This document shows positions 1-10,454 of a DNA stretch of 53,819 nucleotides, one piece after another. The DNA comes from an uncultured Lentisphaerales bacterium (lineage in GTDB: Bacteria; Verrucomicrobiota; Lentisphaeria; JABSQK01; UBA12247). Position 1 is the first letter of the stretch. Each line of letters opens with the position of its first letter. The DNA is taken from assembly GCA_943788985.1 (NCBI GenBank), contig CALSSJ010000001.1, forward strand, positions 1 through 53,819, given 5' to 3'. Made by a program: the position numbers and the translations under genes. Under the pieces are notes generated by a model. It searched no databases and was not told the DNA's origin. It was given only the letters and a program-made list of their open reading frames with translations.

Positions 1-694
1 GCGTACGCGGATGCTGGAAGATCCGGTAAGGATGCTGCGGGCCTGCAAGCTTGTCGCGCAGTATGATTTCAAGCTAGAACCCAAGCTCCGGACCGCGATT
101 ATAGATGAGGCCCATCGCCTTGCGGATTCATCCAGCGCCAGACTGATCGAGGAGTTCTTTAAGATTGCGCAGAAACCCCACTGCGCCTCAACCTTGACCT
201 GCATGCGCGAACTCAGGCTGCTCAAATTTTTTCTGCCCGTGCTGGACGAGGCCTGGGATCATCCAGTCGGAGATGAATGCGTAAAGATGCTCGCCGCTCG
301 CGATAGCCTGCTGGCTGCTGGCGAGATTTATCCATCGCGCGCAACGGCCCTCTCGTGCCTGTTTCTGCCGCTGTTCTGCGAGTACATGGACTGCGAAGAG
401 GGAACTTGTTGGCGTAGCTTCATGGGCATTGACAAGGAGCTTAGCCGCTGGCTGCGAAAGCAGATGCAGCCGTATAATGTACCGAAGCACTTGATCGCCA
501 AAACGCGTGACGCGCTGATGATTCTGGCCAAGATTGTACATGGCAAGGAGAATCGTCGGGGACGCAAGCAACTTCAGGACAGCCGAGCCCGCGATACGCT
601 GCTCGCGTATCAAACAGCATTCGGCAAAAAACTGCGCCCTTCCGAGGACTTTATGGAAGGCGAGGGCGACTTCTCGGAACAGTCAGAGCACTGA
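1..694 (+). CDS. pcnB: poly(A) polymerase / CCA-adding nucleotidyltransferase family, C-terminal part (5' end outside window)
   Basis: EDPVRMLRA motif followed by SSSARLIEEFFK, typical of the PcnB/CCA RNA-binding region; frame is open to the window edge. Confidence 0.7.
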   Translation, partial: RTRMLEDPVRMLRACKLVAQYDFKLEPKLRTAIIDEAHRLADSSSARLIEEFFKIAQKPHCASTLTCMRELRLLKFFLPVLDEAWDHPVGDECVKMLAARDSLLAAGEIYPSRATALSCLFLPLFCEYMDCEEGTCWRSFMGIDKELSRWLRKQMQPYNVPKHLIAKTRDALMILAKIVHGKENRRGRKQLQDSRARDTLLAYQTAFGKKLRPSEDFMEGEGDFSEQSEH

Positions 695-776
695 AGGGCG
701 TCTCCATAGCCAAAATAGCACGCAGTCAAACCGCACGTCCTCGAGCAGAGTCGAGAACGTGCGGCCGATCGGCGAG

Positions 777-1652
777 TCAGCCCAGAACGGACTTGACGGT
801 CGAGCCGATGTCAGCGGGCGACTCCGCGACCGAGATGCCACACTCGCGCATGATCTGCATCTTTGCCGCTGCGGATTCATCCGCACCGGAAACGATGGCG
901 CCAGCATGGCCCATGCGCCGTCCGGCAGGGGCAGTGCGGCCGGCGATGAAACCGATCACCGGGGTGTCGATGCTGTCTCGCACATGTTGCGCTGCTTCGA
1001 TTTCCATCTGGCCACCGATCTCGCCAATCATGACGACAGCGTCGGTATCGGGATCTTGGTCGAACATGTCCAGCAGTTCGATCATGGTGGTCCCGATGAT
1101 GGGATCACCGCCAATTCCAATGCAAGTGGACTGCCCGTAGCCTTCGCAGCAAAGCTGATGGACAGCCTCATAGGTCAGGGTGCCGGACTTGGAGATGACG
1201 CCGACGCGACCTTTCTTAGCGATGTGCCCTGGCATGATCCCACACTTGGCCTGGCCAGGGGTGAGTAGGCCGGGACAATTTGGGCCAATCAGCCGCGCAC
1301 CACGAGCGCGAACGAACGGAGCGGCGATGGCCATGTCAGCCACGGGAATTCCTTCGGTGATGCAGACGATCAGCTCGATCCCCGCAGCCGCTGCTTCCAT
1401 CACGGCATCTGCCGCGAATGGGGCGGGGACGAAGATTAAGCTGACGTTTGCGCCAGTTGCGTCGCGCGCTTGGGCGCAGCTGTTGAATACCGGAACATTG
1501 CTGTCGAGTGCGGTCTGACCACCCTTGCCTGGGGTAACGCCGCCGACGACGTTGCCGCCGTACTCGTGACATTGGTTCCCATGAAAGGTGCCTTCCGCAC
1601 CAGTGATGCCCTGAACGATGATACGCGAGGATGCGTCTAGTAGAATTGCCAT
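777..1652 (-). CDS. sucD: succinyl-CoA synthetase subunit alpha
   Basis: [37 protein letters not shown] and RRMGHAGA motifs; start placed at ATG 1652 (MAILLD), not the longer ORF start. Confidence 0.97.
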   Translation of the reverse strand: MAILLDASSRIIVQGITGAEGTFHGNQCHEYGGNVVGGVTPGKGGQTALDSNVPVFNSCAQARDATGANVSLIFVPAPFAADAVMEAAAAGIELIVCITEGIPVADMAIAAPFVRARGARLIGPNCPGLLTPGQAKCGIMPGHIAKKGRVGVISKSGTLTYEAVHQLCCEGYGQSTCIGIGGDPIIGTTMIELLDMFDQDPDTDAVVMIGEIGGQMEIEAAQHVRDSIDTPVIGFIAGRTAPAGRRMGHAGAIVSGADESAAAKMQIMRECGISVAESPADIGSTVKSVLG

Positions 1653-1674
1653 TTGTATGTTCCTCGTACGTGGA

Positions 1675-2850
1675 TTAGCGGGACGCAGCGGCGACAACTT
1701 TGGTCGCTGCTTCGTCCAGTGAGTCGGCTGGCTCGATGGCCACACCGGATTCGTCGAGAATCTTGCGTGCTTCTTCCGCGTTGGTGCCCGCCAGACGGAC
1801 CACCACAGGGACCTTCAAGTCCAACTCGCGCACTGCAGCAATGATTCCATTGGCGATGCGATCACAGCGGACGATGCCGCCGAATACATTCACCAGCACC
1901 GCTTTTACGGCCGGATCGGAAAGGATAATGCGGAAGCCATTTTTGACGGTTTCCACGTTCGCAGCACCACCGACATCCAAAAAGTTAGCCGGGTCGCCGC
2001 CCTTCAACTTGATGATGTCCATCGTGCCCATTGCCAGTCCCGCACCGTTCACCATGCAGCCGACGCTGCCATCGAGCTTGATGTAGTTCAGGTTGGACTT
2101 GGAGGCTTCCACCTCTGTCGGGTCTTCTTCGGCCGTGTCGCGCATCGCGGCAATCGCCTTCTGGCGGTACAGCGCGCTGTCGTCGAAATCAAACTTGGCA
2201 TCCAGCGCGTTGATGTGACCGTCATCGGTCAAGACCAGCGGATTGATTTCCATGAGCGATGCGTCGGTCGACACAAAGGTCTTGTAGAGGCCAGCGACAA
2301 TCTTGCAGGTTTCCTTGAAGGCCTGCCCAGTCAATTCCAGGGCATAGCCGACTTCGCGGCACTGAAAGGGCTGGATGCCGTAGGTGGGGTCGACCCAAAT
2401 CTTGCGAATTTTCTCGGGAGTGCTGTGAGCGACTTCCTCGATGTCCATGCCGCCTTCGGTCGAGACGATGATCACGATCTGTCCGCAGCTGCGGTCCAGT
2501 GTGAAGGCGAGGTAGTACTCACTGGCAATGTCCAGGGCTTCGGCGACTAGGATCTTGCGAACCTTCTGGCCAGCGGGACCGGTCTGGGGGGTGACCAGCT
2601 GCATGCCAAGAATGCGATTTGCTTCCTCCCGGGCACCTTCGACTGTGGGGCAGAACTTTACGCCGCCGCCTTTGCCGCGACCACCGGCGTGGATCTGAGC
2701 CTTGATGACCACGGCCTCGGTGTTGTACTCGCTGCGCACGCGATCGATGGCTTCATTGATCTGTGCCGGGTCGTCGACCACCACGCCAGTCTGCGCGGGG
2801 ATCCCATTCGCGATCAGTAGTTCTTTTGCTTGATACTCGTGAATCTTCAC
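1675..2850 (-). CDS. sucC: succinyl-CoA synthetase subunit beta
   Basis: [60 protein letters not shown] start; adjacent to sucD. Confidence 0.98.
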   Translation of the reverse strand: MKIHEYQAKELLIANGIPAQTGVVVDDPAQINEAIDRVRSEYNTEAVVIKAQIHAGGRGKGGGVKFCPTVEGAREEANRILGMQLVTPQTGPAGQKVRKILVAEALDIASEYYLAFTLDRSCGQIVIIVSTEGGMDIEEVAHSTPEKIRKIWVDPTYGIQPFQCREVGYALELTGQAFKETCKIVAGLYKTFVSTDASLMEINPLVLTDDGHINALDAKFDFDDSALYRQKAIAAMRDTAEEDPTEVEASKSNLNYIKLDGSVGCMVNGAGLAMGTMDIIKLKGGDPANFLDVGGAANVETVKNGFRIILSDPAVKAVLVNVFGGIVRCDRIANGIIAAVRELDLKVPVVVRLAGTNAEEARKILDESGVAIEPADSLDEAATKVVAAASR

Positions 2851-2887
2851 GGTGTTTCCTCTGTTGAGATGATGTCGTTATCAGTTT

Positions 2888-2943
2888 GAAAAAACAAAAA
2901 GGCGCGAGCCCCCGCCACTGTCCGGGTGGTGGGTGCTCGCGCC
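2888..2943 (-). terminator. Rho-independent terminator after fusA
   Basis: minus strand reads GGCGCGAGCACCCACCAC-loop-GTGGCGGGGGCTCGCGCC followed by TTTTTGTTTTTTC, just downstream of the fusA stop. Confidence 0.8.
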
Positions 2944-2966
2944 TCTCCTTATACCTAGGCTTTCGC

Positions 2967-5070
2967 TCAGGAAAGTCTGCGTGTACGATCAGCGAATTGC
3001 TTCATGATCGTGGCCTTCAAGTCAGAAGTAACCGGCGCGTAGCGCTTGAACTCCATCGTGAACTGCGCTTTGCCCTGAGTCAGGCTGCGCAGGTCACCGA
3101 CGTAGCCGAACATCTCGGACAGCGGAACATCTGCCTCGACGATCGAATCGGATTCGCGTTCGCTGGTCTGCGTGATCATGCCGCGGCGTGAGCTGAGGTT
3201 ACCAATCACGGAACCTTGGAACTCAGTCGGGGTTTCGATCTCAACAGCCATCAGCGGCTCAAGGATGGTCGGCCCAGCCCTCTCATACGCTTCGCGGAAT
3301 GCACCACGTGCTGCGCTTTGAAAGGCCATGTCACTGGAGTCAACGGCATGGAAGGCACCGTCGTTCAGCACCATCTTGACATTTACGATCGGGAAGCCGA
3401 TGAGCGTACCTTCGCCCATGCAGCCTTGGAACCCCTTGTCTACACTTGGGATGTACTCGCGCGGAATGTTACCGCCCTTGACGTTGTCTTCGAAGACGTA
3501 GTTTTCTTCGATTTCTTCGTCTGTCTGCGGTTCCATCGAGCCCGAGACACGAGCGTACTGGCCGGAACCACCAGTCTGCTTTTTGTGCGTGTAGTCGAAG
3601 GCTGCCTTGTTGATGATGGTTTCACGATAGGCAACTTGCGGTGCACCAGTCGTTACTTCCGCCTCATACTCGCGCTTGAGGCGTTCCACGTACACTTCAA
3701 GATGAAGCTCACCCATGCCGGAGATGACCGTTTCGCCTGACTCGTCATCGAAGGCGACGCGAAAGGTCGGGTCTTCCTTCATGAAGCGGTTCAGGCCCTT
3801 GGACAGGTTCTTCTGCGACTTCTGGTCGACTGGAGCAATGGTCATGTCGATCACTGGGTTCGGCACGTGCATCGACGTCATGTTGTAGCTGAGCGTACCG
3901 TCGGTAAACGTGGTGCCTGTCGCACAGTCGATCCCAAACAAAGCGACGATATCACCTGCATGTGCTTCGTCGATATCTTCCGTCTTGTTCGAGTGCATGC
4001 GGATCAAGCGGCCCACGTTGTACTTACGTCCATTGGACTGATTGTAGATCTGCGAGCCCTTACTCATCTTACCTTGATAGACGCGCATGTAGTTCAGCTG
4101 GGCCGTACTGGCCGTCTTCGAGCTTGAACACGTAGGAGACCAGCGGCAGGCTGGCGTCGGATTCCAGGGTCACGGGCGCTTCGTCGTTCTCCAAGTCCAG
4201 CGCGACATTCGGAACATCGTAAGGATTCGGCAGATAAGCAGTCACAGCATCCAGCAGCGTCTGTACACCCACGTTCTTGTAGGCAGAGCCCATGAACACT
4301 GGTGTCATCTCCTGAGCCAGTGTCGCCTTGCGAACGGCCGCGTAGATCAGCTCGGCTGGGACGTCTGCGCCTTCGAGATGCAGCTCCATGATTTCATCGC
4401 TGAAGTCGGAGCAGGCATCGAGAAGCATCTCGCGACGTTCTTCGACCGTGTCTGCGAGATTCTCGGGAATGGCGACCTCAATGACGTTCTCGCCTTTCTC
4501 GCCTTCGAACTCAAAGGCTTTCATCTCGACCAGATCGATGATCCCCTTGTGGGCATCTTCGACGCCAATCGGCACCTGCATGGCCACTGCGTTTGTCCGC
4601 AGCATTTCTTTTAGCTGGCGAACCACCCGAAACGGATCTGCGCCGGAACGGTCCAGTTTATTCACGAAAGCGATGCGCGGGACATTATAGCGCCGCATTT
4701 GGCGGTCGACGGTGATTGTCTGTGACTGCACGCCACTGACAGAGCAGAGCACCAAGATCGCGCCGTCGAGCACACGCAGGGAGCGTTCGACTTCGATCGT
4801 AAAGTCCACATGTCCCGGGGTGTCGATGATGTTAATCGTGGTATCCTTCCATTCCGCACGTGTACATGCAGAGCAGATCGTGATACCTTTCTCACGCTCG
4901 AGGTCCATATGATCCATCGTTGCGCCGACACCGTCTTTGCCGCGCACTTCGTGAATCTCATGGATGCGGCCGGTATAATAAAGAATGCGTTCGGTAAGTG
5001 TGGTTTTACCGGAGTCGATATGCGCGCTAATTCCGATATTGCGTACATTGTCAAAAGGTCTGGAAGACAT
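2967..5070 (-). CDS. fusA: elongation factor G (spdEFG1/mtEFG1-like), split by one +1 insertion near 4100-4102 (probable sequencing error)
   Basis: ORF 4069-5070 has [23 protein letters not shown] and NKLD; ORF 2967-4088 has [19 protein letters not shown] and EMFGY. Removing one C from GGCCCAG restores [18 protein letters not shown]. Confidence 0.95.
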
Positions 5071-5319
5071 GGGCTACCCCTGCTGAAACACGTCGTGTTC
5101 TAGGCACGCTCGTTCTCAACTAAGAAAACCAGCGTGCGCGAAAAGGGCGGTACATTCCGGAGTTCCGCGATTCTGTCAACCTACGAGTCGGGGCGGGGCG
5201 GAGCTCATAGATGGCCCATCAGCCCTCGAAACCGGTGCGCAGCGGCGGGGCGTGCGCGCGGGACGGGTGTATAGTGCACGCGCAACACAGAACTAGCGAT
5301 CAGGACAACACAGAGACCC

Positions 5320-6535
5320 ATGGGAAAGACGATATTGTTTCTCGCCGATGGCATGGCCGACGATGCTCTGCCGGAACTGGGTGGAAAAACCCCCGTGCAG
5401 CACGCTCACACCCCCAACATGGACCGGATTGCACGGGATGGAGCCAGCGGCACGTTTCTGACCCTGCCTGCAGGATTTCCTACCTCGTCGGATGTCGCGA
5501 ACATGTCTGTGCTGGGCTATGACCTCGCGAAGTTCTACTGCGGCCGCGGCCCCGCTCGAGGCCATGAGCCAAGAGATTGATCTAGCGCCTGATGATGTCG
5601 CCTTTCGTTGTAACCTGATCTATGCAGACGGCGACACATTAGTGGATTACAGCGGTGGCCATATTGAGCACGATGATGCCGAGCAAATCATGCACGACTT
5701 GGCAGAGGCCTTCAATTCCCAGGAGCTATCGTTCTTCCCAGGCGTCAGCTACCGAAATCTGCTGATCCTGCACGGCTCACAATTCTGTGATCGTGTGACC
5801 TACGAGAAGCCCGATGCATCCCAAGGTATGCACATCCCTGACTTGTTGATCAAGCCCGCAGATGACTCTAAAGAAGCCCGCCATACCGCTGATTTCGTGA
5901 ACCGGCTGCAGGCGCGGTCCCGCGCGTTTCTGGAAGAGCACCCGATCAATGCCGCCCGCAAAGAACCTGCGAATATGATCTGGCCTTGGAGCCCGGGAAA
6001 GCGTCCGCGCATGACCCCGTTTAAGCAGAAGTACGGCGCTAGCGGTGCCGTCATCAGCGCGGTCGATGTAATCTTCGGCTTAGGGCGCTGTGCGGGCATG
6101 GACATCATTCGGGTCGAAGGAGCCACCGGCTTTGTCGATACGAACTATGAAGGAAAGGCAGACGCCGCCGTGGATGCCCTGCGCACGCACGACTTCGTCT
6201 ATCTGCATGTCGAGGCTATCGACGAATGCGGTCACATGGGCGACCTCAAACTCAAGCTTCAGGCCATTGAGGATATCGACCGGCGCTTGATGGGGCGCGT
6301 CATGGAGCAGCTCGAAGGCCAGGACATCACCTACCTGATCCTCCCCGATCACCCAGTCCCGGTTCATCAGCGCATCCACACGCGCGATCCCGTGCCAGTC
6401 TCCATCTCTGGCCCCGGCATTAGCTCTGACGGGTGTACCTTCTACAGCGAGATCGACGCACCGAATGGATCACTTGGCCTGATGAAAGGCGACGAACTGA
6501 TGAAGCTCGCCGTTCGCGGAACGGTCGCCGACTGA
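5320..6535 (+). CDS. apgM: cofactor-independent phosphoglycerate mutase (ApgM/archaeal type), split by one +1 insertion near 5550-5553
   Basis: LADGMADD, TPNMD, SDVANMSVLGYD, YCGRG(P)LEA, AFRCNL, GVSYRNL, HVEAIDECGH, LPDHP, HTRDPVP; removing one C joins the two ORFs. Confidence 0.85.
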
Positions 6536-6595
6536 TCCCACACTGGCGGATCAGGAACACGGTGACAGCGCAGCGATTGCAGGCAGAGTGCTGAC

Positions 6596-9451
6596 ATGCC
6601 AGACCTGATCGAAGAGCTCACGCGTGTGATTCAAGGCGATGTCCTTTCGGACACCGTCAGTCTCGGCGTGTATGCCACCGACGCCAGCGTCTACGAAGAA
6701 GTGCCGCGCGTGGTCGTCGTGCCACGCGATGAGAATGATGTCCGGCAGGCGGTTGCGATCTCCGCAAGCCATGGCGCCACCATCCTGCCGCGAGGCGGCG
6801 GGACCAGCCTTGCAGGGCAAGCCAGCGGCCCGTCCTTGATTCTGGATTTCTCCAAGTACATGGACCGGCTGGTGGCGTTGGATGTCAGCGATCGGCGCGC
6901 GCGCGTGCAGCCAGGCATGGTTCGTGACGTCCTGAACGAAAAACTGCTCGAGCATCGTCTGCATTTCGGGCCAGACCCGGCGACCTCCAGCCGCGCTAAT
7001 TTTGGCGGCATGATCGGCAATAACTCCTCCGGGACCCGCAGCATTCTCTATGGCAAGACCGTCGACCATGTCGTCGCCTTGAAAGTGCTGCTGGTCGACG
7101 GGACCATCGTCGAGTTTACCGAGCAGGACGCAGGTGGCGTGGCAGCCAAGGTCGTTGCCGGAGGCCGCGAAGGCGAACTATACGCGGGCATGAAGGCCTT
7201 GATCGAAGCACAACGTGACGAAATCATCGCGCGCTTCCCTAAGGTGATGCGCCGCGTCGGTGGGTATAATCTGGATGAGCTGCTCGATGGCAACTGCGTG
7301 AACCTCGCCAAGTTGATTTGCGGCAGCGAAGGCACCCTCGGTGTGATTCTGGAAGCCACCGTTTCGCTGGATCCATTGCCCAACGAGACTTGTGTCGGGG
7401 TCTACCATTTCGCCGATCTGCTGGAAGCGATTCGCGCCGTGGAACCCATTCTGGCATTCGAGCCTGCCTGTGTCGAAGTGCTCGACGGCTACGTGCTTTC
7501 GCTCGCGCGGGACAACCACGAAACCCGTCCGCACCTGCACATGATCCAAGGCGAGCCTTCCGCGCTCCTGATCGTTGAGTATCACGGGAGCACACATGAG
7601 GAGGCGCTTAACCGCGCGCGCCAGACCATCGAGGCGCTGCAAGAGGCCGGGCTGGGCCATCACTATCCCATTTGCGAAACTGCTGAAGATCAGGCATCCA
7701 TCTGGACCGTGCGCAAGGCTGGCCTTGGGCTGCTGTTGGGAATGAAGGGGGATCGCAAGCCGTTGGCCTTCATCGAGGACGCAGCCATTCCCGTTCCCGT
7801 GCTTCCAGAATACATCGAGAAGGTCCAAGCGCTTTGCAATGCTCGCAATGTCCCTGTCTGCATGTATGGGCACGCCAGCGTCGGCGTGATCCACGTGCGG
7901 CCAGTCTTGGATTTGCGGAGTTCGCAAGATATCGAACACTTCAAGCAGATCTCACAACAGACCTATGAACTTGTCAAGCACTACAAAGGCTCTTGGAGCG
8001 GAGAGCATGGCGACGGCCGCGTCCGCGGCCCCTACAACCAGGACTTCTTCGGCGATCAGCTCTATCAGGCTTTTATTGACGTAAAGCACCTGTTCGATCC
8101 GGAGAACCGGATGAATCCGGGAAAAATCATCGAATGCGGCCCGATCGACGCGCACCTGCGCTACGGCGAGACCTATCGCCCGGACGTTCCGGACACGCAT
8201 TTTCATTTTCGGGAAGACGGCGGGTTTGCCGCCGCAGTCGAGCTTTGTTCCGGGGTCGGCGCCTGCCGTAAGACCCAGAGTGGCACCATGTGCCCCAGCT
8301 TCATGGCCACTCGCGATGAAGAGCATTCGACCCGCGGACGGGCCAACGCCATGCGTCTGGCCATGACCGGGCGCCTGGGCAAGGAGCAGCTGTGCGGCCC
8401 CCGCATCCAGGAAGCGCTGGCGCTCTGCCTCTCTTGCAAAGGCTGTAAAGCAGAGTGCCCTAGCAATGTCGACCTCGCCCGGCTCAAAAGTGAGGTCCGC
8501 CAGATGTACTACGATGCGCATGGCAGCACACGCCGCGACCGGTTGATTGCGAACTCCGCAGATTCGGCTCGCACAGTCGCAGGCTGGAAAGCACCCATCG
8601 TCAATGCGCTTGCGGGCAGCCGCGCAATCCGCGGTCTGACCGCCGGAATCACCGGCATGCATCCCGGCCGGGTGCCGCCAAAATACGCCGCGCGGCCATT
8701 GGAAGAGGAGTTCGAGCCCCACCCAGGAACGCGGGGCAAGGTTGCGCTGTTCGCAGATACCTATGCAAACTTCCACGAGCCCCAGACCGGACGCGCCGCC
8801 GTTCGGCTTCTCCGCGAGTGCGGCTATGAGGTTCTGCTGGCCAACGTCGGCTGTTGTCAGCGCCCTCGGATTTCTCACGGCTTTCTTCGTGAGGCGAAGG
8901 CGTTGGGAACCGAAACAGCGTTGCAGCTTGATGGCTTTCTGCGCGAGGGCATTCCCGTGGTCGTCTTGGAGCCCAGCTGCGCCTCGGCACTGGTCGACGA
9001 CCTCCCGGACCTGCTCGATGACGTTGAACTGGGCGAGCGGATGCGCAAAGGAATCCTGATGATCGACCAGTTTCTCGCTGCGCAGCGGGAAGCTGGCGTG
9101 TTATCGGGCTCGTTTGAGGCAGACAGCGACCTCTTGATCCACGGCCATTGCCATCAGAAGGCGTTATTTGGCACCCAGGCTATGAAGACCTTGCTGGCAG
9201 GCAGCGGCAAGAAAGTTGCGGAGATCGCAGCTGGCTGCTGTGGAATGGCTGGCTCATTCGGCTACGAGACTGAGCACTACGAACTCTCCAAGAAGATTGC
9301 TGCAGATCGCCTGCTCCCGGCAGTGGAAGCCTGTCCTGCGGATACCGAACTGGTCGCCTGCGGCTTCAGTTGTCGCCATCAGATCGCCGACTTAAGTGAG
9401 CGAACCGCCCGACACTGGGTCGAACTCGTGCACTATCAGGACTCTGACTGA
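6596..9451 (+). CDS. FAD-binding and (Fe-S)-binding oxidoreductase (YdiJ / D-2-hydroxyacid dehydrogenase family)
   Basis: YATDASVY, PRGGGTSLAGQ, GGMIGNNSSG, GSEGTLG, GEHGDG, CxGxGxC, CLSCKGCKAECP, and CCG domains (CCGMAGSFG, GFSCRHQ). Confidence 0.9.
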   Translation: MPDLIEELTRVIQGDVLSDTVSLGVYATDASVYEEVPRVVVVPRDENDVRQAVAISASHGATILPRGGGTSLAGQASGPSLILDFSKYMDRLVALDVSDRRARVQPGMVRDVLNEKLLEHRLHFGPDPATSSRANFGGMIGNNSSGTRSILYGKTVDHVVALKVLLVDGTIVEFTEQDAGGVAAKVVAGGREGELYAGMKALIEAQRDEIIARFPKVMRRVGGYNLDELLDGNCVNLAKLICGSEGTLGVILEATVSLDPLPNETCVGVYHFADLLEAIRAVEPILAFEPACVEVLDGYVLSLARDNHETRPHLHMIQGEPSALLIVEYHGSTHEEALNRARQTIEALQEAGLGHHYPICETAEDQASIWTVRKAGLGLLLGMKGDRKPLAFIEDAAIPVPVLPEYIEKVQALCNARNVPVCMYGHASVGVIHVRPVLDLRSSQDIEHFKQISQQTYELVKHYKGSWSGEHGDGRVRGPYNQDFFGDQLYQAFIDVKHLFDPENRMNPGKIIECGPIDAHLRYGETYRPDVPDTHFHFREDGGFAAAVELCSGVGACRKTQSGTMCPSFMATRDEEHSTRGRANAMRLAMTGRLGKEQLCGPRIQEALALCLSCKGCKAECPSNVDLARLKSEVRQMYYDAHGSTRRDRLIANSADSARTVAGWKAPIVNALAGSRAIRGLTAGITGMHPGRVPPKYAARPLEEEFEPHPGTRGKVALFADTYANFHEPQTGRAAVRLLRECGYEVLLANVGCCQRPRISHGFLREAKALGTETALQLDGFLREGIPVVVLEPSCASALVDDLPDLLDDVELGERMRKGILMIDQFLAAQREAGVLSGSFEADSDLLIHGHCHQKALFGTQAMKTLLAGSGKKVAEIAAGCCGMAGSFGYETEHYELSKKIAADRLLPAVEACPADTELVACGFSCRHQIADLSERTARHWVELVHYQDSD

Positions 9452-9520
9452 AAAGGTCAGGCTAACTCATTCGGTTCGCCTGCTGACGTCTGAATCCCGC
9501 TGTTTGACGATCCTCGCGCA

Positions 9521-9889
9521 TTGGCCTTAAGCGGTCGGCTAGGGGGAACTCCAATGGGATGCTATGTGCTCTTTCAGCCTTGCGAAGCATCTGCTGTCGA
9601 TGTGGAGTTCGTCTACCTTGGCAGAGATGTGGGGCAGGGCGCAGTCTTTAGTCGAGAGGGCGCAGGGCAACTGCTCCCGATTACTGAGGATGGTGGCGCA
9701 TTCTTGGATCGGCCGACTGGGTCACGGTGGACTATCCTGGGGCAGGCGCTCGAGGGCTCGCTAAAAGGCCAATCCCTGACGCCGATTCACCATACCTCTA
9801 TCTTCTGGTTTGCGTGGGATGCCTTTTACCCGGAAGCGTTGCGGACCGATCGGTTTGCAGGCGGTCGCAAAAGTCCCGATCCACGGTAG
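9521..9889 (+). pseudogene. C-terminal fragment of a DUF3179-like protein
   Basis: [24 protein letters not shown]......[10 protein letters not shown] matches the DUF3179 C-terminus as recalled; the N-terminal region is missing. Confidence 0.6.
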
Positions 9890-9930
9890 TTTTCATCCCG
9901 GTTCATCACGACGGCGGGACATTGTACACT

Positions 9931-10314
9931 ATGCGTTTTTTGCACACCATGATTCGAGTCGGCAATCTCGAGCGTTCCATTGCTTTCTACACAGAAATTC
10001 TCGGCATGCAGCTTCTTCGCCAGCGTGACTACCCGGACGGGAAATTCACCTTGGCGTTTCTAGGCTATGGCAGTGAGAGTGAAAAGACCGTACTTGAATT
10101 GACCTATAACCATGGTGTCGAGGACTATGATCTGGGCGACGCTTTTGGCCATATCGCGATCGAAGTGCCGGACGTGTACAAGGCGTGCGATGATATCCGC
10201 GCCAAAGGCGGAAACGTCGTACGCGATGCGGGCCCGATGAAATCCGGCACGACGATCCTAGCATTTGTTGAAGATCCGGACGGGTATCGGATCGAACTCC
10301 TTGGGCCGCGCTGA
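9931..10314 (+). CDS. gloA: lactoylglutathione lyase (glyoxalase I)
   Basis: [48 protein letters not shown] at 9931. Confidence 0.96.
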   Translation: MRFLHTMIRVGNLERSIAFYTEILGMQLLRQRDYPDGKFTLAFLGYGSESEKTVLELTYNHGVEDYDLGDAFGHIAIEVPDVYKACDDIRAKGGNVVRDAGPMKSGTTILAFVEDPDGYRIELLGPR

Positions 10315-10454
10315 GTGATGCCCAATCGCGCACTGCAGTACGCATTAGCTCAAACGCGTGCGTTGCGTTCGCCCAGTTCGGTCCTATACCCAACCGGTTT
10401 TACCCGCTCCGAATTCTAGCTCGAAAGTAACCGCACCAGCGGGATTCCACCCAC

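Noticed and set aside
4069..4110. Programmed ribosomal frameshift or genuinely split EF-G
   Set aside because: There is no slippery heptamer, a single extra C explains it, and the same error type recurs in apgM and mnmG.
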